A stretch of 64,000 nt of DNA, taken from contig CAVNZM010000012.1 in NCBI GenBank assembly GCA_963693365.1, positions 6,398,889 to 6,462,888 of the forward strand. The letters run 5' to 3'. Shown here piece by piece: positions 1 to 14,119 of this stretch (its first letter is position 1; each line of letters starts with the position of its first letter). Under the pieces are notes generated by a model. It ran no database searches, was not told the origin of the DNA, and was given only the letters and a program-made list of their open reading frames with translations. The stretch is from Amoebidium appalachense. Lineage: Eukaryota > Protista > Ichthyosporea. The position numbers were made by a program, and so were the translations under genes.

Positions 1-372
1 GAAAGGGAAAAGTTAAATGGGGTAAAATAAAAATAAAAAGGCACACACACACACACACACATGCACACACATGCACATTCAGGCAATTATGTGCGTGCGT
101 GGCCCTGCATGCCCACACATGCACTCACAAGCTCTAAAACTGGGATTGAAGAAAAAACCAGATGGATGTAGACACTTCTGCTGCACGGGTGTGATGGGGT
201 GTTTGGTGCAGGCTGGGTGTTTGTGAGTGTCTCGTGTGTGTCTTTGTCTTTGTCTTTCGTACGCTCTTCTGTATGTGTGCTTTTGTTAGCCACAGTCGTG
301 TGAGGTAAGGAGGTATATGGTTGTGTGTGTGTGTGTGAAGGTGAAAAGGTTTTTTTTTTTGTGTGTGTGTGT

Positions 373-405
<33 letters not shown>

Positions 406-557
406 TATAACAGCATAGGAAGAGTGTGTTTGTGTGTCGCAGAAAGGAAGACCACGCCACACCACACATCACATACTGTCAGCATGCACATACATGCACA
501 CAAGGGAACTGAGTACAAAAAAATCAATCTGAGCACTCCCTACCCTCCCTCTTGCAG

Positions 558-746
558 AACCTCTACCAGTACGTGGCCGGGCACCCCGATAGTGGGGTTG
601 GTGAGGACTTTGTGCTCAGCACCCACTTCCCCATGCGCCTGCACACAGACCGTGCCCTCTCCCTGAGGGAGGCAGGCTTGGCCCCCTCGGCCGTGCTGTT
701 CGTGCAGGATGCAGACGTGGATGAGGGTGAGGGGGAGGCGGAGTAG
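558..746 (+). CDS. Terminal exon of a UBX-domain protein (p97/VCP cofactor); upstream exons not identified, probably outside the window
   Basis: Acceptor CTTGCAG ends at 557. Exon reads NLYQYVAGHPDSGVGEDFVLSTHFPMRLHTDRALSLREAGLAPSAVLFVQDADVDEGEGEAE*, matching the UBX C-terminal pattern F-x-L-x-T-x-FP-x-R...L-x-EAGL-x-PSAVLFVQ. Confidence 0.8.
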   Translation, partial: NLYQYVAGHPDSGVGEDFVLSTHFPMRLHTDRALSLREAGLAPSAVLFVQDADVDEGEGEAE

Positions 747-899
747 ATGTGTGTGTGTGTGTGTGTGTGTCTGTGTGTGTGTCTGTGTGTGTGTGTGGTG
801 GTGGTGATGGTGAAGGTGATGGTGAAGGTGATGGTGGTTGACGGCAGTGGTGGTGGTGGTGGTGGTACCGATTTTGGTGGTGGTGGGGGGGGGGGGGGG

Positions 900-933
<34 letters not shown>

Positions 934-1512
934 CGAGATCGAAGCGTATGCGTGTACGTATGTCAATGTTATGCATCAGACTTGGAGCATTAATCATTCA
1001 AGCAAGGGACCCGATATGTCGAATTGAATGCATCCTGTGCAGATTTGTTAGACAGCAATACGAGTGAGTGATTTTCGGTTGTATGTGGTAGGGTTGGGTA
1101 AATTTTCTGTTATGTATGATGGAATTTGTTCACTTGGAACGAAACCACCATTTCGACAGGTCATGCAGGACTTTCTGATCGATTTATATTTACATGAAAA
1201 ACGAATGAACTTACACCGCATCAATGTCCTTGTGCTCTTTGATGTTCTCGCTATTAAAGCACTTTTCTTGTCGAGTGCGTATACAAGAATTGGGGATTTA
1301 TTTCAAATCTTTAGCATTAGAGGCTCTTCTGATATGATGCAATTATGTCCGGGATACGCCCGGCGGCTAGGCCACGGTGTGGCTTAGCCAAGAAATATAT
1401 ACGAGTATGATCTATGAAATACCGCAGCAGGTGTGTGCGTATGCTTGTGCGTGTGTGACATGTGCACGTGTGGTGGTGGTCGAGTAGGTTCACAATGCGC
1501 TCTTTGGGCGGA

Positions 1513-1549
<37 letters not shown>

Positions 1550-2083
1550 TGTATGCGTTAGATAGTTGGAAATATGGAGGAGACAACAACGAGCAAAATC
1601 AAAGAAAAGGGGGGGGGGGGGATGAGATGGCGGAAGAGAGGAGGCACGTACGTGTGCACAATGTTTTTTACTCCATTTGCTGGTTACGGTTTATTCTTAA
1701 TGTGCATGCGCACTTCTCGGATACTGATTCATTGACATCCGTATAAATGCAACCCGTCACAGGCACTAGCGACATGGGCAAAGTCAATAATGCAATTGAA
1801 AGACTACAGCCCGACCATATACAAGTTTAACACAGCTGGAGCATTATTACGGAAATCCGGTAACAAAAAACCTTAACACATGACCTGTAAAATCCGCTTT
1901 CTCCATGTGCATGCGCCGATGTTTGCTTTGCTCGACAGGCGGTAAACACATGAAGCTCATACAGCATCCATATTTCGCTACTAGTGAAAATAGGTGAAGT
2001 GACGCAGATTCAGAAAACATTGGGAAGAAGAGCACCGTCATCCATGCCACGTGCCAGAGCTTTCACCTTGCAGTCTGGATGCA

Positions 2084-2208
2084 TTATCTCCTCTTGGCCA
2101 TGCTGATGTAGAGCACTGTGTGTGTGTGAGTGTACATGTATGCATATGTGCGTAAACAGAGTATGATGGTGAGTGTGTGTGTGTGTTCGTTTGCGGTGGT
2201 GATGGGGT

Positions 2209-2261
<53 letters not shown>

Positions 2262-4037
2262 GTGCGTGCGTGTGTGCGCGCGTGTGTGTGGGTGCATGTG
2301 TGTACGTGTGCACCGTGCGTGTGTGTATGTGTGTGTGTGTAGATTTAGGCGAGTATGTGTGTGTGCAAGTAGGAATATGCGTGTCTGTGTCTGTGTGCAT
2401 ATGTGTGTCTGTGTCTGTGTGCAGATATGCACCTGTCACCATGTCAGAAAAATTAGTTGGCATCCGTAAGTAGCTCGTTATACACTTTTAGAGCAACCAT
2501 CAACAAGCACCACACACATGCGCACACAGCAATACGCACCTTACTTGGGGGGGTGAGGGGAAGGGAGGGAGGGAGGGTAGGGGGAGGAGGGGGGGGGGGG
2601 GGGGGGGAGATAAAAGTACTCCGAAACAACATATGCACCACGTGATTTTGTACTATGCATATATTATCTTGTCATTATTTTAATTATTATTATTATTATT
2701 ATTATTATTATTTTTGGGGGGGGGAGGGAGGATCAGAGGTATGAGGAATAATCCTAGCGTCCTCCGGCGGCCCCACGGTACACACACATGCACAGCTTCA
2801 CACCAAAGAATATCACGAGGGGGGGGAGGGGGGGGGGGGTTGTACACAAGGAAGAAAGGGGAGAAGGGAGGAAGCAAGGGAGAGGGCAAGTTTTGAGTGC
2901 GGGTAAATGTGTAAGTAGTGGTGTATGCGAAAGAACCCTGTTGGGGGGGTAGGAGGGTCGAAAACCCAATCAAAGGGGTACAGCCACCATCATACTTCAC
3001 AGTATTCGACTGTGAAATCCCTAAACAAGTGCAAGCCACCGTCACGAGACGCATGTTCCCTCAAGCACCAGTATCCCTCCCGTTTCTTTGTTCTATCAAC
3101 CGTCGGATAGCATTAGCCCACATACCGTTGTTGCCACGGATGAAGGCATCGCCATACTTGTTCTTGAGCTGCCCGTTGATGTACTCTTCAGTCTGCTCCA
3201 GTGCTATGTTCATGTAGCCGTCTAGGCACACGAGCACCCCTGCACGGTAATGGGAGACCAAACACGTAAGAAAGGGAAATAACAGAGGGGGGGGGGGGGG
3301 GGGGGGTCCATGGTGGTGTAAAGGGAACTATGAGGGGGGAAAGTATGAGAATGATTAAAGAGGCGGGAGAGGCAGACAGGGGTGGGTGGGTGGTTGTATG
3401 AGGTGGAGGGGGGGGGGAAGGGGGGGTGGGGGATGGGGGGTAGAATGTGGAGCACGGTAACAAATAAAATTACCCAACGAGTACACACGGTGCCGGACAC
3501 ATGCAGAAGCAAACATCCAAGTATGCAACATAAGGGAAACCCGTGCTCAGGGCGGAGGTTGGGATGGGGTGGGGTGGGGGGGGGGGGGGGGGGGGAGGGG
3601 GGGGGGGGGGGAGATAGTAATTGCAACTGAGTTCAACACCCATAAACCTCGTATACGAACCCAGCTCAAACAACAGCGTAAGGTTTGTACTTGGGTAGGT
3701 CACCCGGCTCGATCAGAGAGCGCAGAGTTGTATATTTAAGAAAAAGGTGTATGTGTGAATGAACAAGCTATAGCAGCTTGCAACGAAAATTGCGGTGGGA
3801 GGGAGGGGGGAGGGGACGGGAGAGGGGGGAGGGGGAGGGGGGGGGGGGGGGGGGGGGGGAGGGGAAGGAAAAGGCACATGAACCGCCAGTGAAAGATGGA
3901 AATCAGAGTGTGAAGGGTATGACGAGACCGAGGAAAGGGCAAGCGACAGGAAAAAATACGAAGGGATTCAACTAAAAAAGGCTGAAAAAAAGTGCCAAAG
4001 AGACCTGAACTGGGACGAGACGAAGCGAGAGGGGGAG

Positions 4038-4090
<53 letters not shown>

Positions 4091-4114
4091 AACACACACA
4101 CACACACACACACA

Positions 4115-4172
<58 letters not shown>

Positions 4173-4196
4173 GGGGAGAAGGAAGGGGGGGGGGAG

Positions 4197-4241
<45 letters not shown>

Positions 4242-4466
4242 AGAGAGAGAGGGGGAGAGAGAGAGAGAGAGAGAATAGAGAGAGAGAGAGAAGAGAGGGG
4301 GGGAGAGGGGGGCGGGGGGGGAGGGAGCGGGGCAGAGGGGAGGGGGAGAGGGGGTTAAATGCGTCATAAAGTGCGAAGTACAGATTCAGAACGGGCAGCA
4401 CAATTCAGAACGGGCAACACAACGGACACAGTCGCAACATAAGGAGGGCCCATCCGGGGGAAGAAA

Positions 4467-4505
<39 letters not shown>

Positions 4506-4554
4506 ATAGAAAGAGGCGGGGAGTGGAGGGGGGAGGGAGGGGGGGGGGGGGCGG

Positions 4555-4597
<43 letters not shown>

Positions 4598-4691
4598 CTC
4601 TGTAATCGACGCCCGAGTTAAGCTTAACGACTACTGGCTTGTTAACTATCTGCTTGAGAAAGTCACTGGGCTTCGTCCGATGTTCGCTCAT
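2084..4691 (-). CDS. LSM6: U6 snRNA-associated Sm-like protein LSm6, 79 aa, 3 exons
   Basis: Exons 4691-4598, 3239-3126, 2115-2084 (94+114+32=240 nt), GT-AG introns with consistent phase. Protein MSEHRTKPSDFLKQIVNKPVVVKLNSGVDYRGVLVCLDGYMNIALEQTEEYINGQLKNKYGDAFIRGNNVLYISMAKRR* is very close to animal LSM6. Confidence 0.97.
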
Positions 4692-5547
4692 CTTTGCGTT
4701 TACGACAAGGAGTTCACGCTCGGAGACCAGAACACAGAATTTTTGAGCCCATCGAGTGATGCATCTGCAGTTGTCTGTCGACACTGTACAGTACTGGCAT
4801 GACCCGAAAGAACGGCTCAACGATTCGCATATTATATAACCGATTCGGGTCGTCTGTCCTGGCCTGTGACATTATGAAGATGTCGAGATTCGGGTCGACC
4901 CGGAATGTGCAAACGTGGTTACGTAATCGTGTGAGGGCTGACTTGAACCACTCTTTCAGAGGGCCGTGCTTTAACAGTGTGCTATGCACGGTTTGACGGT
5001 ATGAAGGTTCTGAACACAGTTCAGAGGGCCGTGCGTACTGACAAGGGGGTTTGCGCAGTTTACGCACTATTTATTGCTGTGACACTGTCTGGGGCCCAGC
5101 CTCACTCGACGGCCTACTGCGTTTCCAGCGCAGCCAATCAAATGCAGCTATTGACATATGAGGGAGTCAGGGAGGGGCTGAGTATATGTATCACTCACTG
5201 TCACTAGGTTCATCGGACGATGCTCTTTTTTTTCTCCTTTCTCTTGTCTCCTTCTTTTTTAAGAGTGCATACAAAACTGTATTGGCTTAATACCACACAA
5301 ATGATTCTCAGTTGCGCCACAAGAATAGCTGACAAGCGTACCTTTTCTATACGAAGGCCGTAAGTTAGATCTGTAAGCTGTGTTAACGTTTTGAACGAAC
5401 TTCGGAGTCCTGAGGTTTGGATAAGACCCTTTTGTTTATGGTTTTTATATCCTACATACGTTAACTACTCTTCCAAAAAAAAGCACGTTTATTCCCTTTT
5501 CCTCCTACATAACAACTTGACAAAATGGACCCACTTGGCGTTAACGA

Positions 5548-5976
<429 letters not shown>

Positions 5977-6036
5977 CCCCCCCCCCGCTCTCTTTCTCTT
6001 TCTAGAAATCTTGCTCCCCCTCTCTTTCTCCCTTCC

Positions 6037-6083
<47 letters not shown>

Positions 6084-7619
6084 CCCCCTGTTTGCCCTTT
6101 TCCTCTCTTCTAGAAAGACACGTACGCCCCCCCCACACCCACCCCACACCATCCCGCCAACAACAACCACCGCTCCACCCCGTTAAACCCGCCTCCAACC
6201 ATGCAGTTCAACTCCTCCCTCCTCCCCCCGCTGACTATATTTTTTCTGTTTTATGCGACTGTTTTCCTCAGCCATGTTTATATTTAACATTTTTTTTTTG
6301 AGCAGTCCCCCAAATTTTCGAAGCTTGCCGATGCTGAGAGGATTTCGGGGTTTTACAAATTCCAACCCTGATCGGCTGATAAGCGCCCAAATTCGATTGG
6401 CTGAAATGTTTACAGTTTACATACCTCACATTACGTAACTCTCGTACCTACAAAACACATGATGCCATTCACGTGCTCATAAACACGTGTGCGGATGCTT
6501 ACAATAGAAACAAGACTTTTCTTTTTACGGCATACAAATAGAGACATATACTCATGTGCTTGTTGCATTTTTTCCGCCCGGGTCGCTTCTATTCATGTGT
6601 TTGATAGTCTCAATTCTGGTCAACTTTTGACTTTGGGAGAACAAAAGGGGCTAAGGTAGGCTAACAAAGACCTTCAAGCCGCGTGAAAGGCAACCAAAAC
6701 GAGTCCTTGGGCAAGAGGAGCATGTGCCAGGAGGGAAGAAAAGCATAGATTAAGGGAGTTAGAAAGAAAAGGGTTAAAGGAGGCAGGGAGTTTAGGGGTG
6801 CGGTGAGTGGACGACGAGTGAGGGGTGAAGAAAGGGTGGGTGGGGGCGGGGGGAGGGGGGGGGGGGGAGGGGGGGGAGGGGGGGGGGGGGGGAGGGGCGA
6901 GAAGGAGCAGAAGAGGAGTCGGCGGTTAAACGGCATGTGCCAAGGGGGTTCGGGGCGTGAGGAAAGGGCGGGCGGGGGGGAGGAGGGGGGGAAGGGGGGG
7001 GGGGGGGGACGGATGGAGTGGGAAGAGAACTAGAGATGGGATGGGAAGAGGGGCAGAAACGGAGGGGAAAGGGGTGCATGTGCGTATGTGTGTGCTAGGA
7101 GGGGTGGGGGTGTGGGTCGAGGGAGGGGGGCAATACGGTGGATGGGAAGGGAGGGGGGGGGGGGGGGGGGGAGGGGGGCAAAGCGGGGGAGAGGAAACGG
7201 GTACATCCCTATGAGATTAGGTAGGTAACGTCCACGGCCCTCCATCACTTTGTTTGCACACATAATCCTAACTGTGTATTCAGTGTACATGGCTGTTCAC
7301 GCACATTCACATTATTGTTTCGTGCTCGTATATTGAACACCAGCATCAAATAGTGTTAACACGCAACTCAATCGTAAGGCTATGCATAGAAGGCCATATA
7401 CATTTGTGTACTCCGGTCGCATCTCAGGCATGGGGGCAAGATTTTGCAGGGCTCATGTTGTGTAGAACAAGAAGAAAGACGGGAACGGTGGAGTGACGGC
7501 CCTGAAGGCACTGTACGTAATTGATAGTTACCAACACTTATCTAGTTAAAGTGCAGTCAGCGCTTCTTCATTGAATTACCTTCGTAGTGACCTAACCTAC
7601 CTCAGTCGATGTGTGAAAC

Positions 7620-8442
7620 ATGGCTTCTGGGCAAGAAGGGGATTTCGAGGTGCGGGCCAAGGTGCTTGATCTTCTGGGCACCATATTTGGTGAGGAGGCC
7701 GAGGCTGACCAGGTGCTACTGGATTACCTGGCTGACCTCATAGTACTCGAGGTTGGTTCTTACCTGCTTGTGAGCATGTTGTGCATCCTGTGCGCTATTT
7801 TATACATGCTGTATTTGTTTGCCATGACAACAGGCAGGGATCCGAAGCATGCACTGTAACACAACTGCATAATGCCTACATCTATAGCAACAGGGACTAT
7901 CGTCTTGTTTTCTTGGTTTCAAACAGCCCATGATTGTTTGCCTGCAATTATACACACTGGTGCCATACCTGTTCTCTTCCTTGTTTTCCCCGTTACTTTT
8001 CCAGGTGCTCATAAGCTCCACCAATGCAGCGTGCAGACCTCAGGCAACAGTCGGACCTTGTATCTGTTGTGTCGCAGTATGTGGACAGCAGCACCGGGTG
8101 GCTGGTGGAGGGCTGTGGCCTGCTGTGGGACAGCCTGGCCACTATTGGGCTGCTGGGGGAGGGGGAGGTGGGTGCATGTGTACGTGTGGTTGTGTGTGTG
8201 TGCATATGCATGTAGAGGGGTTTGTGTGTGTCAGGGTGGGTGTATGCGCTTGTGTGTGTGGTGGGGGGAGGGGACGGGGGAAGGGGGGGAGGGGGGAGGA
8301 GGGAGCGGGACGGATGGGTGGGTGGGTGTGGGTGGGCGGGTGGCGGGTGGTGTGTGTATGGTGTGTGTGTTTGTGATAAGGAAAAGGGGAGAGAGCATAC
8401 GGGTACCTGTGCATGTGTGTGTAGGAGTGTGTCTGCACTCGT

Positions 8443-8528
<86 letters not shown>

Positions 8529-9413
8529 TCGCGTGCGCGTGCGTGTGTTTGTGTGTGTGTGCGTGCGTGATTGTCTGCACAGTGTGTGTGCTCGTGAACG
8601 TGTGTGCAAGTGCTCTTGTTAAATGGTGTGTGCTTGTCTGTATGTGTGTGTGCGTACAGATATTGTGGTGGTGGTGGCTGTGTGAGTGCATATTCGCGAG
8701 TTCTCTTTTGTTTTCTTCTACCCGTTTCTTATCCTTTCTTTTCTTTCTTCCTTTTTTCAGTTTTTCTTCCTTCCTTCCTGTTCTTCGCTCTCTCTCTCTC
8801 TTCCCCCCCCCCCCCCCCCCCCCCCCCCCCCTTTTTCCCCCTTTTCTTTTTTTTTTTGGGGGGGGGGGGGGGGATTGATTTCCACAGGATTTCGGGGTCC
8901 ATTTGCATACCTGTTATTCTTTTCTTACTTTTTTTTTTTTGGTGTGTGTGTGTGCACACGCAACCACGGGCGTGGACATTTGTCTGCACCCGTGTGTGCA
9001 ATATTGTGCGTGTACGATTGCGTGTATATGTGCATGTGCATGGTTGCACACACGCCCGCGTGTATCTGTGTATGCGTGTGTGCGTGCGTGCGTACGTGCG
9101 TGCATGCGTGCGTGCGTGCGTGCGTGCGTGTTGATGCATGTGCAACGTTTGTGTGTGTGTGTGTGTGTGGTCCAGGGGGAGTGGGGTTGTGCTGTTCGAA
9201 AGGGATGTTAGTGTTCGGGTTAGTTACTTTGACAGTTCTTAAGCTAGTGTGTGGGCCTTCTTGTACTCATGGCTAGAACGGAGATTAGGCATTGTGGCTG
9301 AGATGCATTCGACCATCCCTAATTTTATCCCTTTATCCCCCCCCCCCCCCCCCCCCCCAACCCCCCACAACACCAATGCACAATAAGGCTTGAGGTCGAT
9401 CACGCGCACGCAC

Positions 9414-9484
<71 letters not shown>

Positions 9485-9743
9485 CAGGAAACAACTGCCT
9501 ACACCGCATACACTCAGGGTGGCCCTGCATTACTCCCACAACCGGTGAAGATTGACCGGCCCAAGTTTGAGAAGGAGGGTGGGGACATCACACAGAGCAG
9601 CTATGTGACGGATGTGGAGGATAAGCCACTGAGAATAGAGGCACAAGAGGCGGATGGTATGTGCATATAAGTGTGGGTGGGTGCGGTGGGTGGGTGGGTG
9701 GGTGTGGGTGGGTGAGTGGGTGAGTGGGTAGGTGGGTGTATGG

Positions 9744-9832
<89 letters not shown>

Positions 9833-10987
9833 CGCGCGTGTGCGTGGGTGTCTGTTTTGCCACCTACCTATGCCTCTTCCTGCCTCTGCCATCTCTTTCT
9901 CTTACTCTCTTTCTTTCTCCTTTCCTTCCCTCCCCTGTCTCACTCTCGGCCCCTCCCTTATTTCAACTATTTCCTCTCTTGCTTTCCTTGTGTGGGTGTA
10001 AGTGTGGTTGTGGTTGTGTTTGTGTTCGTGTGTGTCTGTATCTGTGTGTCTGTGTGTCTGTGTGTGCACGTGCTTAGGGTGTGTATGCGTGTGCGTTCAC
10101 TTGTTTTGGGATGACTGGGTGGGAGGGATTGGGTTGGTGTGTACGTGTGTGTGTGTTGGGGGAGGGGGGAGGGGGAAGAGGGAAGAGGTGTGTAGAAAAG
10201 TAAGGTGGGGATGCGTGGTATTAACCGTTTCCCAGCTGAATTTTTTTTTGTGTGTCGTTGGCTCAATCTTGTTTCCGTTTCTCTTATTCCGAATGTAGAT
10301 GATGATTGATAGATTCGTGCACAGAGCTGTGTGTGAGGCTGTCTGTAGAGGTGTCGGTGTTTGTGTGGGTGTTTGTTGCCGTGGGAGAGAGAGGGGGAGG
10401 GGGCGGGGTGGGAGGGGAGCAGGATATGGAAATGTGTTCACGTTCAGAATAGATAAAACCCATTAGATTGTCGAATGCGGCAATATTTGGTGTTAAGAGG
10501 TAGATTAGCCACCACACTCACCCATGGTATGTTGCAACGCTACAAGTGGTTTGAGCGGGTATTTAAATGTCACTAACCACACGCACATGTGCTCCTCTTT
10601 TTTTTTTTTTTGCACGTGCAGATGACGAGGAGATAGTGCCAGGTGTATCCGGGTGTGCCATGTGCCTGCGACCCATGCCCCTCACCCGCCACCACCTGAT
10701 ACCCCGCACACTGCACCGTGCCTACAAGAAGAGAGGGTACGAGGATGCACTGCTCAATCTGTGTGTCAACATATGTAGACCATGCCACAACGCCATACAC
10801 AGGTATTTTTTTTTTTTTTTTTTGGGGGGGGGGGGGGGGATAGGGGGGTGTTTGCAACAACAGATGTGTATGTGTGTAGCCTGTGTGCATGTGGGTTGGT
10901 GGTCTTTTTGGTGTAGGGGGTGATATCATGTTTTTGGCTGGGTGTGTGTTAAGTGTGCAACGTGCAGGGACCGTTGGTTGGGTAAGT

Positions 10988-11034
<47 letters not shown>

Positions 11035-11694
11035 GGGGGAGGGGAGGGGGGGGGGGGGAGGGGGGGAGGGGGGGGAGGGGGGGGGGGGGGGGTAGGTAGG
11101 CACATTGCAGGGCACACACATGAAAACTTTGTAACCAGTTCGCTTATTTCACTTGTTATAAAAAACTGTTTCGGAGTCTGTACGTACTGCTAGAAGTCTC
11201 TTTCACCATCACTACACTCTTAGATCATCTAACCCATACCGTTTCATCCGTTTACTATCACCTTTGGCCTCTCGGTTTTGGTTTTTGTTCTTTGTATGAA
11301 AACAAAGAAACACGGTGAAGGAGTTTGTTTGCGGGGGCACCGCACTGAAAGTGGTATATGGGAATTGGGCAGGGGAAAAGAGATTTACACTAAGGATAAA
11401 CGGATTGATACGTGGGGCTTAGATGTCTTGCATCATGTATGGGCTGGTGATGGGCTGTCTGTGTGTGTGTGTCTGTCTGTGTGTGGGGGGGAGGAGGGGG
11501 CAAGGGGGGGGGGGGGGAGGGGGGGGGGGAGGGGGGGGGGGGGGGGAGGGCTGAATGAGAGGGAGGGAGGAAAGATGTGTTCGTGTGTTTGTGTGTGTGT
11601 GTGTGCGCGCGCGCTTTGTGCGTATTCTTTTTTTGTGTGTCTAGGGAGGGAGTGTGGGGGGGGGGGGGGGGGGGGGGAGGGGGAAGGGGTGTAT

Positions 11695-11725
<31 letters not shown>

Positions 11726-11838
11726 GGGGGACTGAAGACTGACTGTGGCTGTGGCAGGATTTTTGATGAGAAGACGCTTGGGGCCGAATACAACACACTC
11801 GAGAAGCTTATGGCAAATGAAGAGGTAGCCCCCCCTCT

Positions 11839-11934
<96 letters not shown>

Positions 11935-12212
11935 ACACACAAACGTCTCCTCGCTGGTCTAGAGGCCTTCCTGTATACATGCATCTTACTCTCTCCTCAG
12001 GCTCTTTCTCTCCTTCTTTCTCCCCCCCCTCCCCCCATCCCCCATTCATCCACTCACCGATTTACCTTTCGGGGTTCAGTAAGCTCGTGCGAATACCCCT
12101 TGCTGCCACACAAGTCTGTGTCTCTTTTTATTTTTTCTTCCGTTGTTTGGTGCATCATACTTGGTACAGCTGATGTGAACAGGCAGATTTTTGTTAACGT
12201 TGTCATTGTGCC

Positions 12213-12243
<31 letters not shown>

Positions 12244-12468
12244 GGGGAGAGTTCGGGTGTGTGTGGGAGGGAGAGGGGGCGGGGGGCCCCGGGGAGGGGC
12301 GGAAGGGGGGAAGGGGGGATGTGTGTGTATTTGTGTGTGTTTACGCACTCACTTCTGCATGTGTGTATGTTTGTATGCACGTTTGGTTGTGTGCAAGGGC
12401 GCATGTGGTGTGTGTGTGTATGTGTGTGTGTTTTCAGGTGTGTGGGTATCTGTGTAGGCACACTCGTA

Positions 12469-12505
<37 letters not shown>

Positions 12506-12735
12506 TTGGGGGGGGGGGGGGGGGGGGGGGGAAGGGGGGGGAGGGGGGGGGAGGGAGGGAGGGAAGAGGCCGGAACCATCTCCCTCTCACAGTAAAGACA
12601 GACTAAATGTAAAACAAGAAAGTTTACTGATCCTTGACCAATCAGGTGCAGAAGTTTGTGGGATTCATCTCGAAGCAAAAGCTACGTGCAAGGTCTGACC
12701 CTCGCCTCAACCCATCTCTGCTTGGCCGCACCTAA
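7620..12735 (+). CDS. HNH-endonuclease-like zinc-binding protein with helical N-terminal domain, 6 exons
   Basis: Exons 7620-7751, 8030-8167, 9488-9656, 10622-10802, 11758-11824, 12646-12735, all GT-AG and phase-compatible. C-terminal half: CAMCLRPMPLTRHHLIPRTLHRAYKKRGYEDALLNLCVNICRPCHNAIHRIFDEKTLGAEYNTLEKLMANEEVQKFVGFISKQK, a CxxC..HH..CxxCH..H pattern typical of a small conserved HNH-like family. Confidence 0.85.
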
Positions 12736-13082
12736 TAACCGTCAAATCAGGAATGTGCTGTGCCATCTTTGGAAACCAAGGACCCGCGTGGAATCCTCCT
12801 TATGTGGCACTTTTCTTAATCATGGATGTTGGTGTGTTTATTGAAGCAAACGTGTCTAGTAAGCAGCTTCAAGTAGCTAGTAAAATGAATGTAAATGGCA
12901 TTGCACTTTAAATGTAGTCTGCAAACACGGGGATTTTAGAGCACCTCAGGTACACGCCATGCCTACTGCGAGTGTCGACATCGTACAAGGTGCAATGGAG
13001 CTTTTTTTTTTTTTAAGGTACGGCAGCCCCCCTCTCCCCCCCTCCCCCTGCCCCGTGCTCCCCCCTCCCCCCCCCCTCCCCC

Positions 13083-13116
<34 letters not shown>

Positions 13117-13166
13117 AACCATACACACCAACGCACATGCACAACAGGCGCATGCGTACACACACA

Positions 13167-13197
<31 letters not shown>

Positions 13198-13201
13198 GCA
13201 G

Positions 13202-13252
<51 letters not shown>

Positions 13253-13737
13253 CATGCATGTATGCACGCATGTGCACACACACACAAACACACACACTTA
13301 CATTGACTCACACACTCGCTGACACACACATTCATTCACCCACTCACTCACGCAGAAAAGAAAAACACACACACACTCACTTCGACCAAGACTGCTTCAA
13401 AACCATGCTGGAGATATTTTGTGTGGGTCATACTTCCTAAGGTCACGTGAATAACATTATGGATGCCTTATTTTTTGCTGTTTGCCTCTGATCCTCGACG
13501 TTGCCCCCCCCCCCCCCCTTCTCTCCCTCACTTTTTCTTGTTCTATCTTCTTCAATCTCTAGACACCCAATGTCGGATGCATGTGTGATCACTGTGGTAT
13601 GATGGTATGTGTTCTATGGCTAAGCGTAGGACCTGGTTGCTCTGCCCCCCCCCCCCCCCCCCCCAAAAAAAAAAAAAAAAAAAAAAAACATACACACACC
13701 ACACACACACACGCACACACACACAAACAAATCCCAG

Positions 13738-13784
<47 letters not shown>

Positions 13785-14031
13785 CTCTCCCTCCCTCTTC
13801 CTGACTCACACATCCAATAAAAGACATACACAAACGTCGTTGTGAAACACACACGCACGTAGACTTGTGAACATCTATTGCATACAGGGGCTTATGTCTA
13901 TACCACATACTGTGTGTGCTGTGGTACCTACTAAGCCTGCAAGAATAGAAACAAGAACTATTTTAAAAAGGCCCCACGCTAACACAGGTGTACACGGGTC
14001 ACATACAATCGCGCATGCCGTCTAGACGAGC

Positions 14032-14119
<88 letters not shown>

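Noticed and set aside
4800-4910. Short inverted motifs (GACCCGAA / TTCGGGTC) upstream of LSM6 as a tRNA or snRNA
   Set aside because: No cloverleaf, A/B boxes or Sm site can be traced; more likely promoter sequence.
8005-8029. Alternative acceptor TTTTCCAG at 8004 for HNH gene exon 2
   Set aside because: It puts exon 2 in a frame incompatible with the donor at 8168 and exon 3. The acceptor at 8029 keeps phase.
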